Shown piece by piece: positions 45,961-55,688 of a stretch of 64,000 nucleotides of DNA. The DNA is from a virus. The position numbers were made by a program, and so were the translations under genes. Below the pieces are notes generated by a model, which was not told the DNA's origin, did no database searches, and was given only the letters and a program-made list of their open reading frames with translations. Positions within the stretch are counted from its first letter, which is position 1, and each line of letters begins with the position of its first letter. Location: the IMG/VR virus record IMGVR_UViG_3300036851_000385, positions 6,137 to 70,136 of that record; one strand, written 5' to 3'.

Positions 45961-46304
45961 GCCGCAGCCTCATGGACGAGCTGGGGAAGATCATCCTGCT
46001 GGGCTACCTCCCCGCCAAGATCGGCACCCTGATCCCGAAGGTGGAGGCGCTCTCCCGGCGCCTGCCCACGATCACGACGCAAGAGCTAGCCGGCGAGCTG
46101 GAGCAGATCACGCGGACGCTGGAAGCCTTCCGCGCCCTGGAGTATGACCTCGCCGACCTGAACCTCTCGGTCGAACCGGAGGAGGACGCGGATGCGGCGC
46201 GGCCGGTACGGCGTCCTCTGGAAGCCCGAAGCGGCATGGGGAAGCGCCGCCCCCTGGACCTCGATCTCCCGGCCCCGCGCGTTGCGCGGGGCCGGGGCTG
46301 CTAG
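45957..46304 (+). CDS. Hypothetical helical protein
   Basis: ATGA overlap. Confidence 0.55.
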   Translation: MSRSLMDELGKIILLGYLPAKIGTLIPKVEALSRRLPTITTQELAGELEQITRTLEAFRALEYDLADLNLSVEPEEDADAARPVRRPLEARSGMGKRRPLDLDLPAPRVARGRGC

Positions 46305-46315
46305 AGGGCGGCGGC

Positions 46316-47863
46316 GTGACCGCCTTGCTTGCACATCTGCAACCCCCCTTGCCGAAGGCGACGGAAGGGGTCGTGTACCTCTACACGCTCCAACATCCCA
46401 TAACCCTGGAAACACGATATATCGGCCGGGCGCGGGATCCGCGCCAAAGGCTAAACGGGCATTTTAACCAGACCGCGGCCCCGTGGCCGTGCGCGCGATG
46501 GGTCGGAAAACTCCGCAGTCAGGGCCTCAAGCCCATAATGGTGGTCATAGAGGTTTCAAGCGAGGAGCATTGGGAAGAGGCAGAGCGGAGTTTGATCGCC
46601 GGTTATCGCGCTGCTGGAATCCGGCTTCTGAACGTGGCCGAGGGAGGATACAGCGTTCAGCATAGGAGAGAGCCCCGCACAGGAATGTTTCCTTCTGGGA
46701 ACTGTAAGCGATGGGAGGGCCTGTTCGATCCTTCCGGTCAACCCATGCCCCCGATAATAGACGGGCTCCCCGCGTGGTGTAAAGAACGAGGGCTTCACAT
46801 CCCAGCCCTTGCGAAGGTTCTGAAAGGCCAGGTTCGCTCCTACAAGGGGTACACCTGTCCAGCCGCCCGCGAACAGGTGCGCGTGGATGCAGTGAAGCCC
46901 GATCACACTCCGGAGGCCATCGAGAGGATGCGCGCCGCGGCCGCGCGTCGGCTGGAGAGAGAGGCGGCCGGAGGGAGGATCTGGGACGCGATTGTTGATC
47001 CGGCCGGAAAAGCGTGGTTGGGTGTCCAAAGCCTCAGAGCGTTTGCAAGAGAGCAAGGAGTGGACTACGAATTACTCCTTAGCGTCTGCCACGGGCAAAG
47101 GCGCTCTCATAGAGGGTACACATGCCCCTCCGCCTGGGAGCGAACGCATCCGGATTGGAAGCCAGGGTACCGGAGTCCAGAGGCCGTCGAAAACATACGA
47201 GCCGGCGCGAAAAAGAGAGCCCGGGATCCTGGCTTTCGCGAAAAGATGCGTGAAGCCGCCCAGGCTCGTGAAGCCGCTCGTCGGGAAGCCAGGCGGCTTG
47301 CAAAGAACGAAAAGATAGCGGCCGCAGCAAGGGCTCGCTACGAACGTGGGGAAGGGATTCCTTCTCCCGAGACTCGTGCGAGAATGACTGCGGCTGTTAT
47401 TGCTGCAAACTCGAAGGTCTTTGAAGGGTTCTGCGATCCCTTCGGCAACGCAGTCGGCGAAGTCTTCAACTTAGACGCGTTCTGCCGGGAGCGGAATCTT
47501 TCTCGCTCGGCTATGTGCTATGTCTATTACGGCAAGCAGCACGCACACAAGGGGTGGACCAACACGCGCCCGGAAGCACAGGAAGCCCTCCGGTTGAAGC
47601 CGCCGAAGAAACCGCGAAACCAGAGTGAGGGGAGCCGCCGAAAGCTGAGCGAGAAGATGATGGGGAGGCCGGGCACGAGGAATGGAGCGAAACACAGCGC
47701 CGAAACTATCGCGAGGATGAAAGCAGCCCAGAGCACCCCGGAAGCGATAGCGAGAAAGCAGCAGATGCGCGGCTACAAGCACTCTGAAGAAGCGATTCAG
47801 AAGATGCGGGCCGCCCGCGAAGCCGCTAAACGCGCCGCCCGCCAGCCGGAGTTAGACCTATGA
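46316..47863 (+). CDS. GIY-YIG homing endonuclease with NUMOD1- and NUMOD3-like repeats
   Basis: VYLYTL...RYIGRARDPRQRLNGH; three DPxG...KGYT-type repeats; KHSAET and KHSEEA. Confidence 0.85.
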   Translation: MTALLAHLQPPLPKATEGVVYLYTLQHPITLETRYIGRARDPRQRLNGHFNQTAAPWPCARWVGKLRSQGLKPIMVVIEVSSEEHWEEAERSLIAGYRAAGIRLLNVAEGGYSVQHRREPRTGMFPSGNCKRWEGLFDPSGQPMPPIIDGLPAWCKERGLHIPALAKVLKGQVRSYKGYTCPAAREQVRVDAVKPDHTPEAIERMRAAAARRLEREAAGGRIWDAIVDPAGKAWLGVQSLRAFAREQGVDYELLLSVCHGQRRSHRGYTCPSAWERTHPDWKPGYRSPEAVENIRAGAKKRARDPGFREKMREAAQAREAARREARRLAKNEKIAAAARARYERGEGIPSPETRARMTAAVIAANSKVFEGFCDPFGNAVGEVFNLDAFCRERNLSRSAMCYVYYGKQHAHKGWTNTRPEAQEALRLKPPKKPRNQSEGSRRKLSEKMMGRPGTRNGAKHSAETIARMKAAQSTPEAIARKQQMRGYKHSEEAIQKMRAAREAAKRAARQPELDL

Positions 47864-48105
47864 CCCCGCGCCCCACCCCACCCCTCGCAGCCATCCAGCG
47901 GCAGCAGGAGCGGCTCCTGCAGCGCCTCTTCGGCGCCGACTGGGAGCGCGCCGCCGACCGCATCGCGGCCATCGAAGCCGCCAAGGCGCGCCGGGGAGGT
48001 GTCCGCTAACCGACCGTTCAACGTTTGCATCGGCGCGGTTTCTGGCTCCGCGCCGATGCCCAAGCAACCAAAGCCGCCCCGGCCGCGCGGCCGGGGCGGT
48101 CCTCA

Positions 48106-48606
48106 GTCAACTACCGCCGGCTAAAGCCGACGGCTTGGCCCTGCCGCGCAGCGTCCCCCGATCCCTCGGAGGGCTGGAGTAGCGCAGATGTCTACCCTGG
48201 AGCGGGACATTCAACGGGAGCCATCGCTCTCACGCCTAGTGGGATTTCCACCCACGCGCCGGTTGACGTTACGTGCCTGGTTGAGCGGCCGACGCATCAC
48301 CCTCGGGAGCGGCCTCACCATCCCTTGCGGCAGTCGAGGAGGTCAACGCCTCCCGCCCGTGCCGCAGCCGCAGGGCCTCGCGACCCTCCTGCCCTCGGGG
48401 CAAGGTATCCGGACCCGCTATCGCGGTCGGCAGCCATCTACACAGAGATCAACCGGAAACTCCGGCGACCGTTGGCGTGAAACGTGGCTGCGCGGTAATT
48501 GGATAACAGTTCGGCACACGCTTGCCGAACTCCTTCTCAAGGAAGGAAAAAGGAGTGGCGCTCTACTGTCAGCTAAAGCAGACAGTCGCCGCGTCACGAA
48601 CTTCTT
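48106..48606 (-). mobile_element. Non-autonomous IS200/IS605-family element (501 bp)
   Basis: Minus strand: target GCAT; GCGA plus hairpin CTGTCTGCTTTAGCTGACAG; CAAG plus hairpin CCGTCGGCTTTAGCCGGCGG; end TGAC. Confidence 0.8.
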
Positions 48607-48611
48607 ATGCG

Positions 48612-48842
48612 ATGATGGAAGCGTTGGAGTTCTTTTCCCGAGGCCGGAAGATCACGCTCTCGGCGGAAGGGCGCGAGACGGTGCGCGCGTGGCTTCCCGC
48701 CGCGGCGCCGCCGCTACTGCCGGAGGACGAGGCAGAGATCCTGGTTGCCTGGCACCTGCGGATAAACGGTAGCCGCGCGCACCTCTGGTTTCTGGAACAG
48801 CGCGACGGGGTGCTGGAGAAGGCGCGAGCAAGGCGACGATGA
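48612..48842 (+). CDS. Hypothetical protein
   Basis: MMEALEFF..., starts just beyond the IS target site. Confidence 0.5.
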   Translation: MMEALEFFSRGRKITLSAEGRETVRAWLPAAAPPLLPEDEAEILVAWHLRINGSRAHLWFLEQRDGVLEKARARRR

Positions 48843-49072
48843 CCGGAGCCGAGCGACTGCAAGCCCTCCTCGATCGCCTGCTGGAAATGACCGATGGTGA
48901 GATCATTCAGCGCCTCGGAGACATCACGCAGCGCGGGAAGGTGGATGCGCTCCTCTGGGCGCTGCTCCTTGCCGCGCAGGAGTGCCGCGCGCAGCTTCAT
49001 GACGAGTGGGAGCCGGGGATCGAGGCGATGCTGGTTCAAGCGGCGACCGGCTGGGAGCGCGTGCTCTGGTGA
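48839..49072 (+). CDS. Hypothetical protein
   Basis: Coupled helical ORF. Confidence 0.55.
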   Translation: MTGAERLQALLDRLLEMTDGEIIQRLGDITQRGKVDALLWALLLAAQECRAQLHDEWEPGIEAMLVQAATGWERVLW

Positions 49073-49473
49073 CCGCTCGGCTCTACATCTTCACGCTGAC
49101 GTTGGTGTTCGCAAGCGGTGCCGCGACCGGCTGGGGGCTCTCCCACCTCTACGGAGAGATCGAGTTCCCGGCGAGACCTGAGCCGCTCACCGCACCCACG
49201 CGCTTGCAGGCGGATGGGATGGCCGAGGCGGACCCTCCGCCCCTGGTCAAGCTCGGCAGCCAGGGCAGCGCCGTCGTCGTCCTCTACGCCGACCTCCAGG
49301 CGTTCGACGCGGTAGACGAGAGGGGCACGCTCACGGTTCCGGCAGGCACGTATGCCAGGATCGAGGAATACTATCCCTGGAACGACTCCGCGTTCGTCCG
49401 GATCGCCACGGGTCCGGTCAAAGGGCGCGCGGGCGTGACCCTGCGGACCAACCTGCGGAAGCTCTCCCGCTAA
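49069..49473 (+). CDS. Exported or membrane-anchored protein
   Basis: N-terminal hydrophobic helix; SH3-like C-terminus. Confidence 0.55.
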   Translation: MTARLYIFTLTLVFASGAATGWGLSHLYGEIEFPARPEPLTAPTRLQADGMAEADPPPLVKLGSQGSAVVVLYADLQAFDAVDERGTLTVPAGTYARIEEYYPWNDSAFVRIATGPVKGRAGVTLRTNLRKLSR

Positions 49474-49521
49474 CGCCGCCGCGGCTGCTTTTCACGCGGC
49501 TGTCCTGCTTGCTTTCCTGAT

Positions 49522-50080
49522 ATGCAGAACAAACCTGCCGATCCCTTTCCTCTCCCACCGCAGAAGTGCGGCCTGTGCGGCACTCTCTTGATCCCAGTGC
49601 GGACGCCGGAGGGGAATTTCCGCCTGTGGTGTTGTAATCCCAAATGTCCCAAGAGCCGCGAGGAGTTCGACGACGACGACGAGCTGGAGGAGACCTCATG
49701 ATCCCCACTCCCACCCCACCCGGCCGGTGCTTTACCTGCGGCGCGGCGCTGACACCGACGACCTTCTCACCGTGTGTCTGGACCTGTCCTCGGCCGGAGT
49801 GTGCTGCTTACTACAGGCTGATCGAGGCGAAGCGGCAGCCGGGGGCGAAGCCATGAGCGAGCGCGACTATCCCCCGCTAGAGGTGCTCTGTTCCTGCGGC
49901 AAGACGACCGTGATGCGCTGGGACGGCCGGAAGTGGGAGGCCGATGATCCGGCCTGGGTCTACGGAGCCAGGCCGGAGGGCAGTGGCGCGGTAGAAACCC
50001 TCTGGTCCTGCGGAGAGCCCGGTCACTGGCAGAGGAACGTGCGAGGGATGCGGGAGCCGGCGGAGGCGAGGAAGCCGTGA
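49522..50080 (+). CDS. Three coupled Zn-ribbon microproteins (49522-49701, 49698-49856, 49853-50080)
   Basis: CGLCG/CCNPKC; CFTCG/CPRPEC; CSCG; ATGA overlaps. Confidence 0.5.
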
Positions 50081-50370
50081 TCGAGGAGAGGACGCGCGCG
50101 ATCATTGCAGTTCTGCGCCGGGACTTCGCGCTTTCGCTGCGTGTCTCTTCGGCAATCGATCCGAATTCCCACCGGGACATCCTCCGCGCCTTTGACTGCG
50201 CCGTCTTGATGGCACTGGATCCCGAGGAGTGGGAGCGGCTGCACCGGGAGGCTGTCGTCACGTTTGCCGGTCCTCCGAAGATGACGGCAACAGCGGATCC
50301 GCTGTCGGGCGAGTGTACCGGCATCACGATCGACTTTAGCGAGGGGGAGCCGGAGGCGGCGAAGCCATGA
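50077..50370 (+). CDS. Hypothetical protein
   Basis: Coupled ORF. Confidence 0.5.
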   Translation: MIEERTRAIIAVLRRDFALSLRVSSAIDPNSHRDILRAFDCAVLMALDPEEWERLHREAVVTFAGPPKMTATADPLSGECTGITIDFSEGEPEAAKP

Positions 50371-50615
50371 GATTGCCAGGGCTGCCGTTCCGCTTCCTCG
50401 GACTGGAGATCGAGGAGCACCAACGCGCGTGGACGTGCTGCATCTACTGTGCCATCAAGACGCGGCGGCAATACACGGCGGAGCGGCACTCATTCACCGG
50501 GGTAGGGTCGACGCCACTGCACGCCTTCGTCAACAGCATTCTGCTGGCAGGGCAGCAGGCGAGGATGACGCGGCAGTGCTCTGATGGCCCTCATTCGCTG
50601 GGCGGGTATTACTAG
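50367..50615 (+). CDS. Hypothetical protein
   Basis: Coupled ORF. Confidence 0.5.
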   Translation: MRLPGLPFRFLGLEIEEHQRAWTCCIYCAIKTRRQYTAERHSFTGVGSTPLHAFVNSILLAGQQARMTRQCSDGPHSLGGYY

Positions 50616-50618
50616 GAC

Positions 50619-52895
50619 GTGGCACAGCTTGCGCCGGGGCACATAGACACCGGAACCTCTGCCACCCATACGCTCTCCTTCGACATCTCCGTTCGCGCCC
50701 AGGTGCCGAGCGGAGATATCTTGGCCGATTTTCCTAATACCCTCACCGTCGTCCGGCTCTACACCGAAGCCGTCACCGCCCTGCACGGCCGGAGCGATCT
50801 GGGGGCGGGGATCGACACCGCCGACACGATCCGGCTGGCGCTGGAATATGGACCGGGGCCGACCATCGTCATCCTGGAGACGCTCGGCTCCATTCCGAAT
50901 AGCGGGGAGCCGCCGCTGTTTGCCGACGTGACCGTGAGCCGGACGGATGCGGGCCTGCGGCTGGGGGTCACGATCGACGGGAACGACCATCTGCGGTATG
51001 AGTGGTGGCAGGACAGTTCCACAACGGCCACGATCACGGTGGGAGGCAACACGGTCGAGGCGTGGACGAAGAGCGAGCCCCCGGTCTCGCTTGGCGGCGG
51101 TGGCCGGCTGATGTGGTACACCCTGATCGACGCGGCGGCCACTGCGACCTACTACCGCGCGAGGTTCAAAGACTTCACCTTCGGCGCGGGCAGCCTGCCG
51201 TTTGGGCCCTACGAGTTCTTCGAGGAGGGGACCATCCGGAACTTCGGTGCGCCGTGGGCGTACACCGTGGATGCGCGGGTGATCGACGCGGACGGCACGA
51301 CGGTTGCCGGCGTCGACCTCCTGCACCAGGGGAGCCCCCAGACCTCCGGGACATGGACACTCTCGGCGCAGCAGGACAACGAGCACACCGGACCGCTCCC
51401 GCCGGATGGCATTGCGCTAGTGACGCACCGGGTCGAGCCGGCGAGCCTGGAGGACCCCTGGCTCTCGGCGCAGACCGTGCGGCCGTATCCCACCGACCTG
51501 GAGTGCCGGTTCGCTGGGAACGCGCCGAAGTCGCCAGGGGACGCCTCCCCTACCGATTACTCCGTGGGCACGCTCACGATCGCGCCGTCCGTCTCCATCC
51601 TCCAGTCGAGTGAGGCGTGGGTGATCGACAGCGGGTCCGGCTCGGTCGGCGGGACATCCACAGTCCCGGTGTTCACGATCACCTCGGGACCTGCCACCGT
51701 TCGCCGGCCGCTTAAGGAGTCATGGACCGATTGGAATGACAGCGGCTCGCCGGACTTTGAGCCCACGGACAATTGGACGACGACCGATTCCGACTTCTAC
51801 GCATCCGGTGCCGGCGACGACCGATGGGGCGTGGGTCTCTACGCGCTGATGGATCTGGATCTGACGGTCCCGGCCGGGCCGAATACGCAAGTAGCGGTCG
51901 CCATCACCTACGCAGTCGCCCAGGCCGAGGACACGATCGAGGTCACGTACTCCACGGACGTGGCCGGGAACCCGATCACGTTCCCGGCCGGCGGCAGGAG
52001 CACCCAGCGCATCGACCTGATGTTCCCGGTGGAGATCGACAGCCGGCCCCTCTACGGCGAGCGGATCGCCGAAGTTCGGATCATCGGTCTGCTGGCCGGC
52101 GTCACGACGGTTCACGAGCTCGCGGTCGTGGCCGACGAGCAGGCGTATATCACCCTCTCCGGGCGCCGGGACGTGCTGGCCGATGACACGATCGCTTACA
52201 GCGGCATCGTCATCGCGCAGGACGGGCAGGCGCCGTCGCTCCTGTGGGGAACCGACACGCCGCTGATCCCTGCCGCCGACCGGGACCTCGACGGCCGCAC
52301 CGACCAGCACGGCGACCATCAGAACGGAGTGTTCACGCTCGACGGCGTGACAACCGCGTTCCTGGGGGAAGCGCCGGGCATGGCGCAGGCAACTCTTTCA
52401 GACACGTTTACCGAGCTCTCGCGGATGGAGGGGCTGACCTCCGTCTACTCCAGCGCGGCACTTGATGCGGCCCTCTCCGACGCCTTCGGTGAGATCGGCA
52501 TCGACGGGGCGGGGGCGGCCTCGCCGGTCGTGCGCGCCTCCACCTGGTTCAAGCCGATCCGGCCGGCGGATCGGATGACGGCAGGGGCGGCCTATACGGT
52601 GCTCGCCCGCGTCGTCGTGACCGATGTCCTCGTGCCGGCAGGGCGAACGTCCGGGCAGGTGGTCGTGTTTCAACGGAACTACCTGGGGATGCTGCTGGAG
52701 GGGTTGGCGACCGACGCGGCGTATAACAGGCACGGTGCTGCTGTGACGGTGACGGCGCGGGGGTATACAGGCGGGGCGCCGGCGCCGGGGGATACGGTGC
52801 TGGGGAGCGACACGACGGACGCCTCGGGCTTCGCTCTGGTGCCGATCCGCACCGGCACTCTCTCCGGCAGCCAGTTCTCGGCGTACTTATCCTGA
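50619..52895 (+). CDS. Large acidic beta-rich putative tail protein
   Basis: 758 aa, Thr/Gly/Asp-rich; C-terminal TTDASGFA Ig-like motif. Confidence 0.6.
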   Translation: MAQLAPGHIDTGTSATHTLSFDISVRAQVPSGDILADFPNTLTVVRLYTEAVTALHGRSDLGAGIDTADTIRLALEYGPGPTIVILETLGSIPNSGEPPLFADVTVSRTDAGLRLGVTIDGNDHLRYEWWQDSSTTATITVGGNTVEAWTKSEPPVSLGGGGRLMWYTLIDAAATATYYRARFKDFTFGAGSLPFGPYEFFEEGTIRNFGAPWAYTVDARVIDADGTTVAGVDLLHQGSPQTSGTWTLSAQQDNEHTGPLPPDGIALVTHRVEPASLEDPWLSAQTVRPYPTDLECRFAGNAPKSPGDASPTDYSVGTLTIAPSVSILQSSEAWVIDSGSGSVGGTSTVPVFTITSGPATVRRPLKESWTDWNDSGSPDFEPTDNWTTTDSDFYASGAGDDRWGVGLYALMDLDLTVPAGPNTQVAVAITYAVAQAEDTIEVTYSTDVAGNPITFPAGGRSTQRIDLMFPVEIDSRPLYGERIAEVRIIGLLAGVTTVHELAVVADEQAYITLSGRRDVLADDTIAYSGIVIAQDGQAPSLLWGTDTPLIPAADRDLDGRTDQHGDHQNGVFTLDGVTTAFLGEAPGMAQATLSDTFTELSRMEGLTSVYSSAALDAALSDAFGEIGIDGAGAASPVVRASTWFKPIRPADRMTAGAAYTVLARVVVTDVLVPAGRTSGQVVVFQRNYLGMLLEGLATDAAYNRHGAAVTVTARGYTGGAPAPGDTVLGSDTTDASGFALVPIRTGTLSGSQFSAYLS

Positions 52896-52906
52896 TCGTA
52901 GAGACT

Positions 52907-53110
52907 ATGACAAGCGAAGAGTTCTTCGAGAACGAAACCAGTTATCGGTTCTACGACAGCACCGCGCGACAGTGTACCGTGCGAGGCTGCACGAAGCAAT
53001 GCGTGAAAGAGTGCCATGCGTGCTGGCGGAACGGACAAGATGAGGTGATCTGGCTGTGCGAGGAGCACTTCGCGGAGTTCCGGAGCCGGTTCAAGGTTCC
53101 GGTCTCGTAG
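52907..53110 (+). CDS. Cys-rich small protein
   Basis: CTVRGC, CHAC, LCEEH. Confidence 0.55.
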   Translation: MTSEEFFENETSYRFYDSTARQCTVRGCTKQCVKECHACWRNGQDEVIWLCEEHFAEFRSRFKVPVS

Positions 53111-53278
53111 GCGCCCTCTGCAGCGCCTGCCACCTGCCGCTGGCCGCCAACGCGCGCGAGAACCTCGCCGCGGAGACCCTGGGACAGCGAATGCGTGCCG
53201 GCAAGACGGAGCACGACGTATCCTGCTGGACGTGCGAGGCGTGCGGCCTGCCGGCGTGGGGGTGGGACTGGGACGACG

Positions 53279-53536
53279 ATGGCGAGTGATAGTCCGCTAG
53301 TCTGCAGCCTCTGCGGCGCGCCCAAGGGGCACGACCACTCGGCCGGGGATTGCTTGTGGAACCTGCGGGAGCAGCTTCGCGAGGCGCATCGGGAGCGGGA
53401 CGAGGCACGGCAGAAGGCGCGAGAGTATTACGATGCGCTGGCGTCCGGTACGATGGGCGAGTATCTGTTCCAGAAGCACTACTGGAACGAGACGACCGAA
53501 TGCCCGTGGCTCATCCAAAAGCCGCCTGAAAAGTAG
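53279..53536 (+). CDS. Zn-binding coiled-coil phage protein
   Basis: CSLCG; ERDEARQKAREYY...CPWL. Confidence 0.55.
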   Translation: MASDSPLVCSLCGAPKGHDHSAGDCLWNLREQLREAHRERDEARQKAREYYDALASGTMGEYLFQKHYWNETTECPWLIQKPPEK

Positions 53537-53539
53537 CCC

Positions 53540-54526
53540 GTGGCACTCCTCTCCTCCTTCGCCTACACCCGCACCCGCGTTCGCCAGGGCAAGACGGGTC
53601 AACGGGTACGCCTCGCGGCGGTGGTGGACGCGGCCTCGGTCGGAGCGGTCTTCAACCTCACCCACAGGGTCGGGAACTACGGGAGAACTTCACAACGAGC
53701 CGGCACGCCCTACTTCGCATGGAGCAACTATCCAAACGGCCCGCCCTTCGAGCACGACACGGCCGTCAGTTCGCCGGCTTGCACGGACGCGCGCTTCGCC
53801 TGGGATAGTCGCAGATCGATCCTCCTGACGTGCCTGGATGACACAACGGTGCTTGTCCGGCGGAGCGACGACGACGCCCTATCGTTCAACACAGAGACCT
53901 CTCTGTTCACCGGAGCCTCGTGGCCGGATATCACCGCCTCGCGCGAAGGGCTCATTCTCTACGCAGCGCGTGTGTCGGGGGCCTTGTCGATCCGGCGGCA
54001 GTATCCGGGAGACGCCGCGCCCGCTGCGGCCTTCGACGCCGAGGACGACACCGCCACACCGCTCGCCCTAACCGACGATAGCTTCCGCCTGGTCTACGAT
54101 TCGCGCGGCTGGCTTCTGCTTCACGCGCGCCTTGGCGCCGGAGCCTCCACGTCGCTGCTCCAATCCTACGATGACGGCGAGACGTTCGAGAGCGTGTCGG
54201 GGGCAGTCACAGGGATCAGCGGGGGCTCCCACCCCGGCGCGTGCGTGGGAGCCGATGGGACCGCATACGCCTACGCGAGGCTCTCCGGCGGGGAGATCAG
54301 CCTGACGCGCCGCGCGCCGGGAGACACGGCGTGGACCACCCCGGCAGTTGTCGTCGATGAGGCGTCGGCGGATCTTCTGATCGAGGACTTCAGTTTTTCG
54401 ATGGCCGAGGGGTTCGAGGGGAGTCGTCGTCTTGTGCTCGTTGCGATCTTCGACGGCGAGAGCCTTCCCCAGGAGAGGTACAGCGCGGACGACGGGGAGA
54501 GCTTCGCGGCGTTCCCTGGAACGTAG
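53540..54526 (+). CDS. Asp-box (BNR) beta-propeller protein, putative virion component
   Basis: RSDDDALSF, QSYDDGETF, YSADDGESF. Confidence 0.7.
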   Translation: MALLSSFAYTRTRVRQGKTGQRVRLAAVVDAASVGAVFNLTHRVGNYGRTSQRAGTPYFAWSNYPNGPPFEHDTAVSSPACTDARFAWDSRRSILLTCLDDTTVLVRRSDDDALSFNTETSLFTGASWPDITASREGLILYAARVSGALSIRRQYPGDAAPAAAFDAEDDTATPLALTDDSFRLVYDSRGWLLLHARLGAGASTSLLQSYDDGETFESVSGAVTGISGGSHPGACVGADGTAYAYARLSGGEISLTRRAPGDTAWTTPAVVVDEASADLLIEDFSFSMAEGFEGSRRLVLVAIFDGESLPQERYSADDGESFAAFPGT

Positions 54527-55499
54527 GGGAGGCCGCCGGCTGGGACCGGGCGGCCTCATCGTTGACCGTTCTTCTCTCTGAAGGGAGAACCTTCGTGGGG
54601 GACTGTTCACTCTGCGAAGACGTTCTTCCTCCCGTACAGCAGAATGGGCAGCCCTCTTTCGGTGTCTGCCCCCACCAAAAGGTTGCCGCCCATCCCTATC
54701 CCGCAGTCTGCCCAGCCGCGGGAGTTCTGGCGCCCGGTTCGCCGCAGTCCGCACGGCTTCCTGCTGGCGAAAGAGAAAAGGGCGGTGCCGGAGATTGCTG
54801 CAGCGAACCTCCGGCACCTCTGCCCGGCTGACGGCTGTTCACCGAACCCCGAGCATTGCGTCGATTCAGTCGAGGCCGGACAGGACTGCTCGCAAGCCGA
54901 CCTCCTGCCCGCGCGCTATCCCAATAGCCGGCCAGGTATCGCTAACGCGGACATGCTTTCAAATTTGGTGCAGGGGGCAGCGGCTGCGTCTGCCGGCGCC
55001 CCTGCCTCGCTTTCCGCCGGCGCCGTCTGCCGGGCGTCGTCTGCCCCGTAGGTGGGGGAAGCCCTGGGGGTTCTTTAGCCGCCGGACGCCTCCGGAAGCC
55101 GTCTCCCCCTCTCCGTGTATGACGGACTTTCTATGAAATTGGTGCGGGCGGGACGGAGTAGCTGGCAGTCCCGTTTCGCTCACTTTGGCTCCGTGAGCCC
55201 CGCAAGGGCGCCTGCTACCCCGGCCGCGGGGCCGGATCGTAGGCGCAAGGGTAGTGTATCCCCTGGCCGCGCGGCTGTCAATCCTGCGAAACCCCTAGCA
55301 TGGCGCCTGCTGCCCAGAACCCGCACGACCATGCCTGCACGACCGCGCCTGCTGCCATGAGGCACATGCCCCACTCGCCCAGGGTGTCCGGCCAGATCGC
55401 AAGCCATACCGCCGCAAGCATGACGAGCGGCAGCGCCACAGTCCACACGGGGATGCGGCGCAGATACGGCAGATGCTTCGCTAACATTGGAGGTTCCTC

Positions 55500-55649
55500 A
55501 TGAACATCTCATGGCCCCCGCCCGGAGTCGGCTGGCTGATTGCCGTGGTGGTCCTCATCTTGCTAATCCTGTTACTGATCTTGGGCAACCTGTCCGTGCA
55601 AATCCTCGCGTGGTGTGTTGTGGCGCTGGCGATTGCTCGCTTGATCTAG
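55500..55649 (+). CDS. Small two-TM hydrophobic protein (49 aa)
   Basis: GGAGG RBS; MNISWPPPGVGWLIAVVVLILLILLLILGNLSVQILAWCVVALAIARLI. Confidence 0.6.
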   Translation: MNISWPPPGVGWLIAVVVLILLILLLILGNLSVQILAWCVVALAIARLI

Positions 55650-55688
55650 CGGCCGGCAGGGTGGCCACAGGCGCAGGCGGGGAGGGTA

